A stretch of DNA of 64,000 bases from Alcaligenaceae bacterium (GCA_030538235.1 JAUNUJ010000006.1:17699-81698); one strand, 5' to 3'. Counted from the stretch's first letter, positions 51,608 through 63,415 are shown. Notes: generated from the sequence alone by a model not told the origin. Numbers and translations: made by a program.

Positions 51608-52120
51608 TTAAGTGTTTTCCTGTTGTTGATTTGCGTTTAAACCGTAGGTGTTACGAACGCGTTTGGATTTCATGAAATACAGAACCCAAATGATGGTTAG
51701 AATGGTGTCTTTTGATGCTTGGAACATGATACTTCGAATGTCTTTTGCGAAAAAATCAGTGCTAACATCGTATGATTCTAATAATATTGAAAAAGAGTGT
51801 ATCGTTAAGAAAGACATGATCCAGGTTACTACTAGGCTGAGCCAATGCAAGCGAATCACGACTTTAACTGTTTTAGGATTATTTTGTACTTTAATTAGCC
51901 GCCACAATATGTAGGCCGCAATACAACATTGAACCGCAAGTAAGATTAATATTTGACTCAAGGTGTTGCGGTGGGATTGAGGCGTATCGATCACTCCGGA
52001 AAAGAGTTCGGTTGATTGCTCATAGAGAAGCACAAGAAGCATTAGTAAGAGTATGCTGTTAGCGATTACATAAAACAACAACCAGCCACGAATACCTTTG
52101 GGTTGATCATTTTTAGACAA
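51608..52120 (-). CDS. DUF2569-like membrane protein
   Basis: GIRGWLL start, four TM helices, IWVLYFMKSKRVRNTY end. Confidence 0.7.
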   Translation of the reverse strand: MSKNDQPKGIRGWLLFYVIANSILLLMLLVLLYEQSTELFSGVIDTPQSHRNTLSQILILLAVQCCIAAYILWRLIKVQNNPKTVKVVIRLHWLSLVVTWIMSFLTIHSFSILLESYDVSTDFFAKDIRSIMFQASKDTILTIIWVLYFMKSKRVRNTYGLNANQQQENT

Positions 52121-52551
52121 GTTAAACTCCTAAGCATTAAAATTAAAATCTGATTATTATACATGTTGATGATGTGAGTTTTATGACAATCACCTAGTCA
52201 TAACAGGGCGCTCTGGTGTGCCGCCGATAAATCACTAGTTAATGCAGTTTCTGCCTTTCGGCTTGCAGATAGGAGTGTTAGTATCTGATGGTGTACTTTG
52301 CCGGACGAGTATTTGATGCTATGTTGCTACACCTGATTCGTCACAGCTTAGTCAAGATTTACGTAGACTTCGGTCGTGTTGAGAGGTTACTTTAAAGCCT
52401 TACAATGACCATTAAAAATGAAGATCGTAATCTTGATCGGGCGTTTTATCCTTGGCTTCAAAAATGAGGATAGCATGGGAAGTGTTTGTTATTTTATATT
52501 TAAAATAATATCTTCTGAAAACAGTAGTTAATTCAACCTGTCAACAACACT

Positions 52552-53520
52552 TCAATTCTTATAAACCGTTTCCGCCTCAAGCTCTAACAATTCTTTCGCC
52601 TCCTGCAAAATCCGAATCACCTTCATCTTATTCCACAGCGTTTTAGCTTCAGGGTAATGCGTGGACATCATTGCTAGCCATTGTTTATAGCGACCGAGCA
52701 GCCGTGACTCAGTCGTGCTCGGACCATATAATAAAGCGCGACCTGCCAGGAAGCGCTGTTGCATTTGCAGTAATTCTAACCAACTAAATAATGCCTTATC
52801 GGAATTCTTACGAATACAGTGCGTAATATCCGGTGTAGTCACCGCACCGCGTCCAATCATTAAATCCTCGCAAGCGGATTCTAATTGACATTGCTTGGCA
52901 TCGGCATTGTTCCAGATTTCGCCATTAGCAATCACATTGATTTTTAGCGTTTCACGGATGGGACGTAATTGATCCCAAAAGGCAGGAGGTTTGTAGCCTT
53001 CCGCTTTAGTGCGAGCATGCACGGTCAGCCAGGACGCACCGGCATCCTCAATGGCATGGGCATTGTCCAAAGTGAATTTACGATCCAGATAGCCCAAACG
53101 CATCTTGGCAGAGACCGGAATCTCTGCAGACACGGCGTCGCGAACGGCTTTGACCAGCTTATATACTACCTCGGGCTCATCCAAAAGTACCGAGCCGCCA
53201 CGATGGCGATTGACCGTTTTGGCGGGGCAACCGAAGTTCAGATCAATGGCCGGCGCCCCTAATTCAACCGCTCTCACTGCATTAGCAGCTAACATCTCCG
53301 GATTATTACCTAATAATTGGACATGTACTGGCGTGCCGCTTGCTGTTTTACCGCCATGATGCAGTTCGGGACAGGCAAGATAAAAAGTATTCTTAGGTAA
53401 TAAGCTGTCCGTAATACGTATAAATTCAGTGACGCACCAGTCAAATTCACCGGTGGCGCTGAGTAGATCGCGCATCAACGGATCGGTTAAGCCCTCCATG
53501 GGGGCGAGAATAAGTTTCAT
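52552..53520 (-). CDS. dusC: tRNA-dihydrouridine synthase (DusC-like)
   Basis: LAPMEG, IDLNFGCPAKTV, SAKMRLG, TVHART, ANGEI, MIGRGA. Confidence 0.88.
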   Translation of the reverse strand: MKLILAPMEGLTDPLMRDLLSATGEFDWCVTEFIRITDSLLPKNTFYLACPELHHGGKTASGTPVHVQLLGNNPEMLAANAVRAVELGAPAIDLNFGCPAKTVNRHRGGSVLLDEPEVVYKLVKAVRDAVSAEIPVSAKMRLGYLDRKFTLDNAHAIEDAGASWLTVHARTKAEGYKPPAFWDQLRPIRETLKINVIANGEIWNNADAKQCQLESACEDLMIGRGAVTTPDITHCIRKNSDKALFSWLELLQMQQRFLAGRALLYGPSTTESRLLGRYKQWLAMMSTHYPEAKTLWNKMKVIRILQEAKELLELEAETVYKN

Positions 53521-53632
53521 TTTTAAGGAAGAAATTAAATCGCTTATTTTTGAAGCTGATAGTATATCTAAGTTGTAGGGCTAGAAACCCGCTTTAAAAA
53601 CCACATCAATAAATACTTTAGGGTGAGAATTT

Positions 53633-53857
53633 ATGTCTATACAAGCAGGTATTTACCGTCATTATAAAGGTCAGCTATATCAGGTTTTTCGTGTTGTTAA
53701 TCACAGCGAGACAGAAGAAGAATTAGTGTATTACCAGTGTTTGTATGGCGATTATTCCTTTTGGGTGCGTCCGCTCGCGATGTTTAGTGAGTTGGTGGAA
53801 AATGCTCAGGGCGAACAAGTGCCACGTTTTGAACTGATTAAAGCCTTGTCGTACTGA
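53633..53857 (+). CDS. DUF1653 family protein
   Basis: GIYRHYKG, HSETEE.LVYY..LYG...WVRP..MF. Confidence 0.85.
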   Translation: MSIQAGIYRHYKGQLYQVFRVVNHSETEEELVYYQCLYGDYSFWVRPLAMFSELVENAQGEQVPRFELIKALSY

Positions 53858-53908
53858 GTTGTTCTAAAAATAGAGCCGCGACAACAATAGCGCGGCGCAA
53901 GCTCTCTA

Positions 53909-54286
53909 TTAAATAAACCAAGTGTCAGGTTTTTCGATCGGCTTCGTATCATAAAAAGCCACGAAACCTTTGACCAGTCGGATAACGTACCAGACCGCCG
54001 TTAATATGCCTAGTATTAGGCCAATACCGATAATGCTAAGTATCAAGCTGATAAAAGAATATAAAAGACCTATCCAGAAAGTACGAATTAAATACGTTAC
54101 ATGACTTTCATAGAGAGAGTGTTTGTAATCATCGCGTTTTAAATAGGCCATAACTAACCCGGCAACGGTGATTAAACCACCGGTAAACAGTCCGGCTACA
54201 AAAACAAGATAGGTCACGAGAAGATAGTTTTTTTGCCTTCCCGTGACCTGATTGCTTTCTTGCAATTGATTTGTGACATCTTGCAT
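53909..54286 (-). CDS. DUF4870-like membrane protein
   Basis: AYLKRDD...YESH..YLIRTFWIG. Confidence 0.7.
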   Translation of the reverse strand: MQDVTNQLQESNQVTGRQKNYLLVTYLVFVAGLFTGGLITVAGLVMAYLKRDDYKHSLYESHVTYLIRTFWIGLLYSFISLILSIIGIGLILGILTAVWYVIRLVKGFVAFYDTKPIEKPDTWFI

Positions 54287-54467
54287 GTTAATCCCTTATA
54301 AAAATTGACTAATGCATCTTCTAAGAATATAGGGTTAAATCGTTAAAATAAAAGTAGTAAGTCGTAATCAATTATTTTAAATCTCGCGACTTGCCGTTGA
54401 AAATAATCGCTCTCATAAAAAAGCGCGAACATAACAATCATGATTCGCGCTGTGGTGTTGACTCGAT

Positions 54468-55724
54468 TTATTTCTTCATCATGTCGTAGAATTCGGCATT
54501 GTTCTTGGTTTCTTTGATTTTACCGAGAATAAATTCCATGGCCTCAACATCGTCCATATCATGAATGAATTTACGTAGAATCCAGACTTTTTGTAAGTCT
54601 TCAGGTTTCATCAGTAGCTCTTCACGACGAGTGCTTGATTTGTTCAGGTTGATGGCGGGGTAGAGACGTCTTTCAGCTAAGCGACGCTCAAGGTGTACTT
54701 CAGAGTTACCGGTTCCCTTGAACTCCTCATAAATTACATCATCCATGCGGCTACCGGTTTCAATCAAAGCGGTACCGATAATGGTTAATGAACCACCTTC
54801 TTCGACATTACGAGCGGCACCGAAGAAGCGTTTAGGGCGGTGTAGGGCGTTAGCGTCCATACCACCAGTTAAGACCTTGCCGGAAGCGGGAATTACTGTG
54901 TTGTAGGCACGAGCGAGACGGGTAATGGAGTCAAGTAAGATAATCACGTCCTTTTTCAATTCAACTAGACGTTTTGCCTTTTCGATCACCATTTCGGCTA
55001 CTTGTACGTGACGTGTTGCCGGTTCATCAAAGGTTGACGCAACCACTTCACCGCGGACGGTTCTTTGCATTTCTGTCACTTCCTCAGGACGCTCATCGAC
55101 TAGTAAAACAATCAATGTTGCTTCTGGATGATTGGCCGTAATGGATTGAGCAATGTGCTGCATCATCACGGTTTTACCTGATTTTGGTGGGGCTACAATC
55201 AGTGCACGCTGGCCTTTGCCGAGCGGAGCGAAGATATCTAAAATGCGGCCGGTGTTATTTTCCTCACTGCGAATATCACGCTCTAGTAGCAATGGCTCAT
55301 CGGGGTGTAGTGGCGTTAAGTTTTCAAACATCATACGATGCTTGACACGCTCAGGCGCTACGTCATTAACCTTTTCAACTTTAACCAAAGCAAAATAACG
55401 TTCATTGTCTTTTGGTACACGTACTTCACCTTCGACTGAGTCACCGGTGTGTAGATTAAAGCGACGAATTTGAGAAGGCGAGATATAAATATCGTCGGTA
55501 TTTGCTAAATAAGAAGTTTCCGGGGAACGTAAGAAACCGAAACCATCCGGTAAAACCTCTAACACACCATCGCCAAAGATTTGCTCGCCTGCTTTAGCGC
55601 GTTTTTTCATAATGGCAAACATCAGCTCTTGCTTGCGGAAGCGGTTGGCGTTATCGATTTCTAATTGTTGTGCCAGCTCCAGCAATTCGGAGACGTGTAA
55701 AGATTTTAATTCGTTTAAATGCAT
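54468..55724 (-). CDS. rho: Transcription termination factor Rho
   Basis: [30 protein letters not shown]-like [10 protein letters not shown]. Confidence 0.98.
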   Translation of the reverse strand: MHLNELKSLHVSELLELAQQLEIDNANRFRKQELMFAIMKKRAKAGEQIFGDGVLEVLPDGFGFLRSPETSYLANTDDIYISPSQIRRFNLHTGDSVEGEVRVPKDNERYFALVKVEKVNDVAPERVKHRMMFENLTPLHPDEPLLLERDIRSEENNTGRILDIFAPLGKGQRALIVAPPKSGKTVMMQHIAQSITANHPEATLIVLLVDERPEEVTEMQRTVRGEVVASTFDEPATRHVQVAEMVIEKAKRLVELKKDVIILLDSITRLARAYNTVIPASGKVLTGGMDANALHRPKRFFGAARNVEEGGSLTIIGTALIETGSRMDDVIYEEFKGTGNSEVHLERRLAERRLYPAINLNKSSTRREELLMKPEDLQKVWILRKFIHDMDDVEAMEFILGKIKETKNNAEFYDMMKK

Positions 55725-55809
55725 TGTTATGGTTTGTTAATGAGTTTATTCAAATGGCAGCCAAGGGAATTTGGCTGCGCGCAGTGTCATAGGATAATAA
55801 TTTTTAAAA

Positions 55810-56133
55810 TTAAAGTGCTTGCTCAACTAGCATGGATAGTTGCTGTTTATTAGCGGCACCGACTTGAGTGGCAACTTCTTGGCCGGCTTTGAAGGTTTTT
55901 AAAGTTGGGATGCTGCGAATACCGAATCGTGCGGCAATCTGTGGGTGCTCTTGGACATCGACTTTGACCACGCGTACTTGACCTTCGTACTCTTTTGAAA
56001 GCTCTTCTAGAACCGGAGCAATCTGACGACAAGGACCACACCATGGTGCCCAAAAGTCAACTAGAACAGGTAAAACTGATTCTAAGACATCAGCGTCAAA
56101 GCTTGCGTCTGTTGCATTAATAATTTCGCTCAT
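55810..56133 (-). CDS. trxA: Thioredoxin
   Basis: WAPWCGPC, FGIRSIPT. Confidence 0.95.
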   Translation of the reverse strand: MSEIINATDASFDADVLESVLPVLVDFWAPWCGPCRQIAPVLEELSKEYEGQVRVVKVDVQEHPQIAARFGIRSIPTLKTFKAGQEVATQVGAANKQQLSMLVEQAL

Positions 56134-56239
56134 GATTTTTACTCTTTTAATGTATTTCAGAAAACAATTAGCGTGTTCATGCCGAAGCACGTTATGCTAT
56201 AGCATCCTCTAGTCAGCAATATGCCGACAAGGCTGTGTG

Positions 56240-56288
56240 CCTACTTAAAGGGAATCCTACTTAATGAGGGATCCTACTTAATGGGAAT
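56240..56288 (+). repeat. Three tandem imperfect 16-17 bp repeats
   Basis: CCTACTTAAAGGGAAT / CCTACTTAATGAGGGAT / CCTACTTAATGGGAAT. Confidence 0.8.
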
Positions 56289-56596
56289 CTAATTCGGCCT
56301 GCTACTAACACTAATTGAGGCCATAGAAAAAAAGCTTATTTATACTCTTTTATAATAAAACAGTAGAGCAAAGCATAGTAGCTTAGATCAATGTTTGTAT
56401 CAATGTATCAAGCCTGTGGTTTTTGCTACACGGTAGTCGCACACAAGGTGATAAAGAATATATTATTTTATCTGATTAGAATAACATTAAAATCTGCACT
56501 ATGTTGTCTAAAGAGTGCGTAGGCAACACAAAAGTCTCGTATAGACTATAAAATGTCTTTTTTTTACAATTTAATCAAATTAACGATTTAGCCAGT

Positions 56597-58567
56597 ATGT
56601 CCAAACCACAAAGCTACGAAGAAGCGTCGATCCAGGTACTAAAAGGTTTAGAGCCGGTGCGTGAACGTCCCGGTATGTACACTCGTACAGAAACACCTTT
56701 GCATATTATCCAGGAGGTGATTGATAACTCAGCGGACGAGGCCTTAGCGGGTGTCTGTAATAATATCATCGTCACCTTGCACAAGGATCAGAGTGTGAGC
56801 ATCGAGGATGATGGTCGCGGCATTCCTGTTGGCTGGCACAAAGAAGAAAATGCGCCGGTGGTTGAGATTGTTTTTACTCGTCTGCATGCCGGGGGTAAAT
56901 TCAGCAAAGACTCGAACTCAGCCTATGCTTTCTCCGGCGGTCTGCACGGGGTTGGTGTTTCAGTGACCAATGCTTTGTCCACGCGACTTGAAGTCGTGGT
57001 GACCCGTGGCGGTGAGCAGCATCAATTGATTTTTGCGGATGGTGGCAATGTCTTAGAGCCGCTTAAAGTGATTGGCAAAGCCCCGGCACGTAAAACCGGC
57101 ACCGTGGTGCGCGTCTGGCCTGATCCTAAGTATTTTGACAGTCCCAATATCCCAGTGGCGGATTTGCAGCGTCTTCTACGCAGTAAGGCCGTGTTATTAC
57201 CCGGTGTATCCATCACTTTAATCAATGAAAAAAGTGGACAGACCCTGAATTGGCAATATGCTGATGGCTTACGTGGATACCTCGAAGAGGAGTTGGCCGG
57301 TGATGAGCTTCTGATTCCGATGTTCGCAGGCAAGCAATTTGCTGATGCCGATGATGAGAGTTTCGCCGAGGGTGAGGGCTGTGAATGGCTCGTTGCTTGG
57401 ACAATCGAGGGTGCAGTGGCCCGCGAATCCTATGTCAATTTGATTCCTACCTTGAGCGGCGGGACCCATGAAGCCGGACTGCGCGAGGGCTTATTTAATG
57501 CACTTAAAACCTTTATTGATTTACATAATTTATTGCCCAAAGGCGTGCGTTTATTGGCAGAGGACTTATTTGCCCGTGCTAGCTTTGTGCTCTCTGTTCG
57601 TATGTTGGACCCGCAATTCCAAGGTCAAACTAAGGAGCGTCTCAATAGCCGTGATGCGGTGCGTTTAGTGAGCAATTATGTCAAAAGTTCCTTTGAACTT
57701 TGGCTCAACAGCAATGTCGATTGGGGTCGTTCACTAGCCGAAATGGTGATTCGCCAAGCTCAGGCTCGCGCACGTTCTGCCAAAAAGGTAGAAAAACGCA
57801 AGAGCTCCGGTGTGGCTGTTTTGCCAGGTAAACTGACCGATTGTGAATCTGATGATCCTACCCGTACGGAAGTGTTTTTGGTCGAGGGTGACTCTGCCGG
57901 TGGTTCCGCAAAAATGGGCCGTGACAAGGAATTTCAAGCGATTTTGCCCTTGCGCGGTAAAGTATTAAACTCTTGGGAAGTTGACCGAGATCGTCTCTTT
58001 GCCAACAAAGAGATTCATGATATTTCCGTGGCGATTGGGGTTGATCCCCATGGACCCAAAGACTCGGTCAACTTGTCGGGTCTACGTTATCGCCGTATTT
58101 GTATTTTGTCGGATGCGGACGTTGATGGTTCACATATTCAAGTCTTATTGTTGACCTTGTTCTATCGTCATTTTCCTAAATTGGTGGAAAATGGCTTTGT
58201 CTATGTGGCGCAGCCGCCATTATTCAGAGTGGATGCGCCGGCCCAGGGCAAGCGTCCGGCCCGCAAAATCTATTGCCTCGATGAGCGTGAGTTAGATTCT
58301 ACCGTTGATAAGTTAATCACTATGGAAAACTACAAGGAATCCAGCCTGAGCGTTAGCCGCTTTAAGGGATTGGGTGAGATGAGTCCCGAGCAGTTATGGG
58401 AGACCACCATGAACCCCGATACGCGCCGCCTCTTACCGGTTACCTATGGTCAGTTTAGTCCTGAAGAAACTAACACCATGTTTGATATGTTAATGTCTCG
58501 TGGTGAAGCGCAGCAGCGCCGTGCATGGTTAGAGGAAAAGGGCAATTTAGCCGAGCTCGATGTCTAA
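56597..58567 (+). CDS. parE: DNA topoisomerase IV subunit B
   Basis: EVIDNSADE, GGLHGVGVSV, VEGDSAGGSAK, PLRGK, RFKGLGEM. Confidence 0.96.
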   Translation: MSKPQSYEEASIQVLKGLEPVRERPGMYTRTETPLHIIQEVIDNSADEALAGVCNNIIVTLHKDQSVSIEDDGRGIPVGWHKEENAPVVEIVFTRLHAGGKFSKDSNSAYAFSGGLHGVGVSVTNALSTRLEVVVTRGGEQHQLIFADGGNVLEPLKVIGKAPARKTGTVVRVWPDPKYFDSPNIPVADLQRLLRSKAVLLPGVSITLINEKSGQTLNWQYADGLRGYLEEELAGDELLIPMFAGKQFADADDESFAEGEGCEWLVAWTIEGAVARESYVNLIPTLSGGTHEAGLREGLFNALKTFIDLHNLLPKGVRLLAEDLFARASFVLSVRMLDPQFQGQTKERLNSRDAVRLVSNYVKSSFELWLNSNVDWGRSLAEMVIRQAQARARSAKKVEKRKSSGVAVLPGKLTDCESDDPTRTEVFLVEGDSAGGSAKMGRDKEFQAILPLRGKVLNSWEVDRDRLFANKEIHDISVAIGVDPHGPKDSVNLSGLRYRRICILSDADVDGSHIQVLLLTLFYRHFPKLVENGFVYVAQPPLFRVDAPAQGKRPARKIYCLDERELDSTVDKLITMENYKESSLSVSRFKGLGEMSPEQLWETTMNPDTRRLLPVTYGQFSPEETNTMFDMLMSRGEAQQRRAWLEEKGNLAELDV

Positions 58568-58609
58568 GTAAATTTAAATATATCAGTTCAAATCTAAAGT
58601 AATTATTAA

Positions 58610-60925
58610 ATGACAGAACAAAACAATCTATTTGATGTGCCCGAAGAAGAGGGCGTTACGCTAGGCCTGTATGCAGAAAAAGCGTATTTAGACTACGCCG
58701 TTTCTGTGGTCAAAGGGCGTGCTCTACCGGATGTCAGCGATGGTCAGAAACCGGTGCAACGACGTATCCTTTATGCGATGAATGCCATGGGCCTCAAAGG
58801 CACTGCGAAACCGGTGAAATCTGCTCGCGTGGTCGGTGATGTGTTGGGTAAGTACCATCCACACGGTGATCAGGCTGCTTATGATGCCATGGTCCGGATG
58901 GCGCAAAGTTTTACCTTACGTTACCCGCTCGTCGATGGCCAAGGCAATTTCGGTTCGCGTGATGGTGATGGCGCCGCCGCGATGCGGTATACCGAGGCGC
59001 GTTTGACCCCGATGGCCGAATTATTGCTCGAAGAATTAGGTGAGGGCACGGTCGACTTTATTCCCAACTATGATGGTAGTGAAAAAGAGCCAGCGCTCCT
59101 GCCGGCTCGCCTACCCATGATGCTGTTAAACGGCGCATCCGGTATTGCGGTCGGAATGGCGACGGAAATTCCTTCGCATAATTTACGCGAAATCGCTGCT
59201 GCCTCGGTGGCCTTACTGAAAAAGCCCGGTATGAGCGCTGATGAGTTAATGAGCTATGTGCCGGGCCCCGATTTTGCCAATGGCGCACAAATTATTTCTT
59301 CAGCAGAAGAAATCGCCGAGATCTATAAAATCGGTCGCGGTTCAGTTAAGGTTCGTGCCCGTTGGGAGTTTGAGGAGTTAGCCCGTGGTCAATGGCAATT
59401 GGTGGTGACTGAGTTACCGCCAAATACCAGTTCACAGAAGGTTCTCGAAGAAATTGAGGAAATATCCAATCCGAGAATTCGTGTCGGCCGCAAAGCTTTG
59501 ACTGCTGAGCAGCAACAAGCACGCGCTGCCATGCTGTCTTTGCTAGACACGGTGCGCGATGAATCGGGTAAAGACGCGGCGGTGCGTTTGGTCTTTGAAC
59601 CCAAAACGTCGCGCGTGGACAGAGAGGAATTCGTTAATCAGTTATTGGCTAAAACCGGTATGGAGGGCAATGCCACTGTTAACCTCGTGTGTATCGGGAT
59701 TGACGGTCGTCCGCGTCAACGTAATTTATTAGAGATTTTGACAGAGTGGTTAGAATTCCGTACCACCACAGTCACTCGCCGTACCCAATACCGCTTAGAT
59801 AAGGTCACCGATCGCATCCATGTGTTGGAAGGTCGTATGGTTGTTTATTTAAATGTCGATGAGGTGATTGCGACCATTCGTGAAGCGGATGAGCCACGCC
59901 AAGCCTTGATGGATCGCTTTAATCTTAGCGAACGTCAGGCTGAAGACATTCTCGAAATGCGTTTGCGTCAATTAGCGCGTCTTGAAGGTATTAAAATTGA
60001 GCAAGAGTTAGAGGAAAAACGCAAGGAACAAGCCGATTTACAGCATCTGTTAGAAAGCCCTAGTGCGATGCGTAAAATGATGATCAAGGAAATTGAAGCG
60101 GATGCTAAGAAGTTCGGTGATGATCGTCGTACCGTAATTCAGGAAGCTGAAAAAGCGGTTTTAGAGGTGAGGGTCGTGGATGAGCCGGTGACCGTCGTTA
60201 TTTCCCAAAAGGGTTGGATACGCTCACGCCAAGGTCATGGTCATGATCCGCAGCAATTTAATTTTAAATCCGGTGATCATCTATACCATACCTTTGAAGT
60301 ACGCACTGTCGATAATCTGATTGCTTTATCTAATGTGGGCCGAGCCTATACCGTTGAGGTAGCGGATTTACCATCAGCCCGTGGTGATGGTCAGCCAATT
60401 ACGGCTATGGTGGATGGCGAATCTAATACGAAAATCAATCACTTCTTGTCTGCGGATAAAGAACAACAGTTGCTGCTTGTGCAGGAGCATGGGATTGGTT
60501 TTATCACCACGGTTGACGATATGTCGAGCCGACAAAAGGCCGGCAAGCAGTTTGTGACGATTGAAAAACCTTTATTAAAGCCGATATTTGTCGAAAAGAA
60601 CGATCGTTATTTAGCTCTGTTAAGTAATAAAGGCCGATTCTTAATCATTTCATTAGGTGAAGTCAGAAAGTTAGCAGGCGGTGGGCTAGGGACAATCTTA
60701 ATTGGTTTGGATGATGATGATAAACTAGCTCAAGTGGTGCCCTTTGATGAAAGCGGCTTAGCGGTGACTGGTACTTATCGCCGTAAGGAAACCACAGATA
60801 TTTTAAATTTAAATGAATTAGAGGTATATATAGGCAAACGTGCTCGAAAAGGACGCGCTTTAGATGTGAGGGTCAAAGACTTTATCTTAAGTCGCCCTGT
60901 CGCTCCCGCCGAAGAGAGCGAATAA
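58610..60925 (+). CDS. parC: DNA topoisomerase IV subunit A
   Basis: [26 protein letters not shown]. Confidence 0.96.
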   Translation: MTEQNNLFDVPEEEGVTLGLYAEKAYLDYAVSVVKGRALPDVSDGQKPVQRRILYAMNAMGLKGTAKPVKSARVVGDVLGKYHPHGDQAAYDAMVRMAQSFTLRYPLVDGQGNFGSRDGDGAAAMRYTEARLTPMAELLLEELGEGTVDFIPNYDGSEKEPALLPARLPMMLLNGASGIAVGMATEIPSHNLREIAAASVALLKKPGMSADELMSYVPGPDFANGAQIISSAEEIAEIYKIGRGSVKVRARWEFEELARGQWQLVVTELPPNTSSQKVLEEIEEISNPRIRVGRKALTAEQQQARAAMLSLLDTVRDESGKDAAVRLVFEPKTSRVDREEFVNQLLAKTGMEGNATVNLVCIGIDGRPRQRNLLEILTEWLEFRTTTVTRRTQYRLDKVTDRIHVLEGRMVVYLNVDEVIATIREADEPRQALMDRFNLSERQAEDILEMRLRQLARLEGIKIEQELEEKRKEQADLQHLLESPSAMRKMMIKEIEADAKKFGDDRRTVIQEAEKAVLEVRVVDEPVTVVISQKGWIRSRQGHGHDPQQFNFKSGDHLYHTFEVRTVDNLIALSNVGRAYTVEVADLPSARGDGQPITAMVDGESNTKINHFLSADKEQQLLLVQEHGIGFITTVDDMSSRQKAGKQFVTIEKPLLKPIFVEKNDRYLALLSNKGRFLIISLGEVRKLAGGGLGTILIGLDDDDKLAQVVPFDESGLAVTGTYRRKETTDILNLNELEVYIGKRARKGRALDVRVKDFILSRPVAPAEESE

Positions 60926-60958
60926 TTCAATTTAGCCTAAAATAACCAAAGGAAAACC

Positions 60959-61999
60959 ATGTCTTATAAAGTTGAAGTGATGCCTAGCGGGCATCAGTTT
61001 ACGGTAAAAGAGGGCCAGCTTGTATTGGATGCTGCCTTAGATGCCGGTGTGATTCTACCTTATAGTTGTCGCAGTGGCTCGTGTATTAGCTGCAAAGGCA
61101 AGGTGCTCGAAGGTGATTATGATCCGGGTATAGGCACTGAACAAATGATGTCGCCTGACGAAATGGCCGAGGGCTACACGCTGTTTTGTCAGACCACTGC
61201 TCAATCCGATCTGGTGATTGAAAGTGCTGAGGTGCGCTTAGAAACCGATATCATTACTCGTAAAATGCCTGCCCGCGTGATTAAACTGGAAAAGCTCAAC
61301 GATGATGTGATGCTAGTGCAGTTGCAAATGCCATCGACTGAGCCGTTTCGATATTATGCCGGTCAGTATCTGGACTTTATTTTTAGAGATAATGTGCGAC
61401 GTTCTTATTCTATTGCGGTGGCACCGGAAGACGGCAAAGCGCTAGAATTGCATGCCCGTCATATGCCGGGTGGCATGTTCACCGATCGTCTCTTTGGTAT
61501 TGATGAACGTCCGATTAAAGAGCGTGAAATCCTGCGCATTGAGGGACCATTAGGGACATTTTTCTTACGTGAGGACTCTGATAAACCGATGATATTCGTT
61601 GCTAGTGGCACCGGATTTTCACCAATTAAAGCGATAATGGAAGATATCATCGCTAAGGGTATTACCCGTTCGGTGACTTTTTATTGGGGTGGTCGTCGAC
61701 CACAGGATTTATATATGAATGATTTGGTAGAGCAGTGGGCTAAAGACTTGCCGTTCTTCACGTATATTCCGGTGGTTTCTGATGCGCTTGAAGAGGATAA
61801 TTGGCAAGGTCGCACAGGTTTTGTACATCAAGCGGTCTTAGATGATTTTGACGACTTATCCGGCTACCAGGTCTATGCTTGTGGTTCACCGATTGTGGTG
61901 GAGAGTGCGCGTAAAAGCTTTACTAAAGAAAAAGCGCTGCCTGAAGAGGCGTTCTTTGCTGATGCCTTTACCTCGGCAAGGGATGAGCTAAAAGGCTAA
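60959..61999 (+). CDS. CDP-6-deoxy-delta-3,4-glucoseen reductase-like 2Fe-2S/FAD oxidoreductase
   Basis: CRSGSCISCKG, RSYSIA, ASGTGFSP, YACG. Confidence 0.85.
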   Translation: MSYKVEVMPSGHQFTVKEGQLVLDAALDAGVILPYSCRSGSCISCKGKVLEGDYDPGIGTEQMMSPDEMAEGYTLFCQTTAQSDLVIESAEVRLETDIITRKMPARVIKLEKLNDDVMLVQLQMPSTEPFRYYAGQYLDFIFRDNVRRSYSIAVAPEDGKALELHARHMPGGMFTDRLFGIDERPIKEREILRIEGPLGTFFLREDSDKPMIFVASGTGFSPIKAIMEDIIAKGITRSVTFYWGGRRPQDLYMNDLVEQWAKDLPFFTYIPVVSDALEEDNWQGRTGFVHQAVLDDFDDLSGYQVYACGSPIVVESARKSFTKEKALPEEAFFADAFTSARDELKG

Positions 62000-62051
62000 G
62001 ACAATTAAATTACCTTGATGTCCTTAGTGTCATCAGCAAATGTCGTCATAG

Positions 62052-62080
62052 GGGCTCGATGAGAATCGGGTCCTTATTGT
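62052..62080 (+). terminator. Hairpin with GAGA tetraloop after the oxidoreductase gene
   Basis: GGGCTCGAT-GAGA-ATCGGGTCC (two G-U pairs) then TTATTGTTT. Confidence 0.45.
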
Positions 62081-62400
62081 TTGGGGTTGTTATTCCTAAT
62101 TTCGTCATTAAGTTCTAAGCGTTCCGAACGTCAGAATTGGACTTTGCTGTTTATGCTTGAACAGAGTGAGGGGTTACGCCTCTGCAGGCTACAAAAAACA
62201 CGCACAATAATAACGTCTCGTTGAGTAAGTGCGACAGCTTGATGGTGACTTAAAATGTGCGTTTTAGTTGTTATCCAACTGATAATAATCTGCCGGCAGC
62301 AAATTCAAGAGCAGCGCCTGATCAAGTCGGAACGTATACACTTGACGATATTTGATGGGACTTCTAAGCGCTTTTGTTTCTAGTAATGACTTTCACAAAG

Positions 62401-62432
62401 CAAAGGGGCTAGAACATCACCGAGCCCCTTTG
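62401..62432. terminator. Terminator after serB
   Basis: CAAAGGGGCT...AGCCCCTTTG. Confidence 0.7.
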
Positions 62433-62456
62433 TTGGTCCTAAGTATTTTATTCTAA

Positions 62457-63302
62457 TTAATCTTCAAAGAAGTTAAGCACCGCATCCAAACCGCTATGAT
62501 TGATGCTGAAGCGCGCTTCTTCTTGAACTTTGGGTTTGGCCATGTAAGCCACTGAATAATGGACCTTGGACATCATCGGTAAATCGTTAGAGCCGTCGCC
62601 GATAGCAATACATTGTTCCGGACTGGCGTCTAATTGCTCCATCAAGGCGCTTAGATAGTTTTGCTTGGCCTCACCATCGAGAATATCACCTAAGACACGG
62701 CCGCTGAGTTTATTATCCAAAACTTCCAGTTGATTAGCATAAGCATAATCAAGCTTGAGGCGCTCTTTGAGGCGTGAGGTAAAGAAAGTAAAACCACCAG
62801 ACACCAACAACGTGGTGATGCCATGTTTTTGTGCGCTTTCAATCAGTGCTTCAGCACCGGGATTTAAGCATAAGATGTCGCTATAAATAGTCTGTAGACA
62901 ATTTGCCGAGGTGCCTTCAAGTAGGGCAACTCGTTTAATGAGGCTTTCGCTGAAGTTTTTAATTTCCCCACGCATGGTGGCTTCTGTAATCTCAGCCACT
63001 TCAGTCTTACGACCGGCACAGCCGGCGATTTCGTCAACACATTCGATATTGATGAGCGTCGAGTCCATATCCATGGCGAGAATCTTGATATCGCTAAGTG
63101 AACGAAGTTCATCCAGTATCGCCCAATCCACTTTGTGTTGTGCGCACCAGCTCTTAATTTCAGGCAATTGTGATTCATTGAAACCGTTTAAACGAATAAC
63201 ATGATTACGCACCTGAATAACTTGGTCGGCTTCAGCAATGGCTGCGATTTGTTCACGCAACTGAGAGTCTAAAATAGGTGACTGTAAAACAAGGTATGTC
63301 AT
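62457..63302 (-). CDS. serB: Phosphoserine phosphatase
   Basis: MDMDST, VSGGF, IGDGSNDLPM. Confidence 0.95.
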   Translation of the reverse strand: MTYLVLQSPILDSQLREQIAAIAEADQVIQVRNHVIRLNGFNESQLPEIKSWCAQHKVDWAILDELRSLSDIKILAMDMDSTLINIECVDEIAGCAGRKTEVAEITEATMRGEIKNFSESLIKRVALLEGTSANCLQTIYSDILCLNPGAEALIESAQKHGITTLLVSGGFTFFTSRLKERLKLDYAYANQLEVLDNKLSGRVLGDILDGEAKQNYLSALMEQLDASPEQCIAIGDGSNDLPMMSKVHYSVAYMAKPKVQEEARFSINHSGLDAVLNFFED

Positions 63303-63415
63303 TGACGCTTTCCTCGGAGATAAAAATGATATTTAATAATAGTCCATTCTAGCGCAGACATATTAAAGGAATTTTAATTATGTCCGCCTAGCTCTATATA
63401 GTAAGTAATTCTTAT

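Noticed and set aside
52200-52500. Possible gene fragment between the DUF2569-like gene and dusC
   Set aside because: Only short ORFs with no recognisable motif
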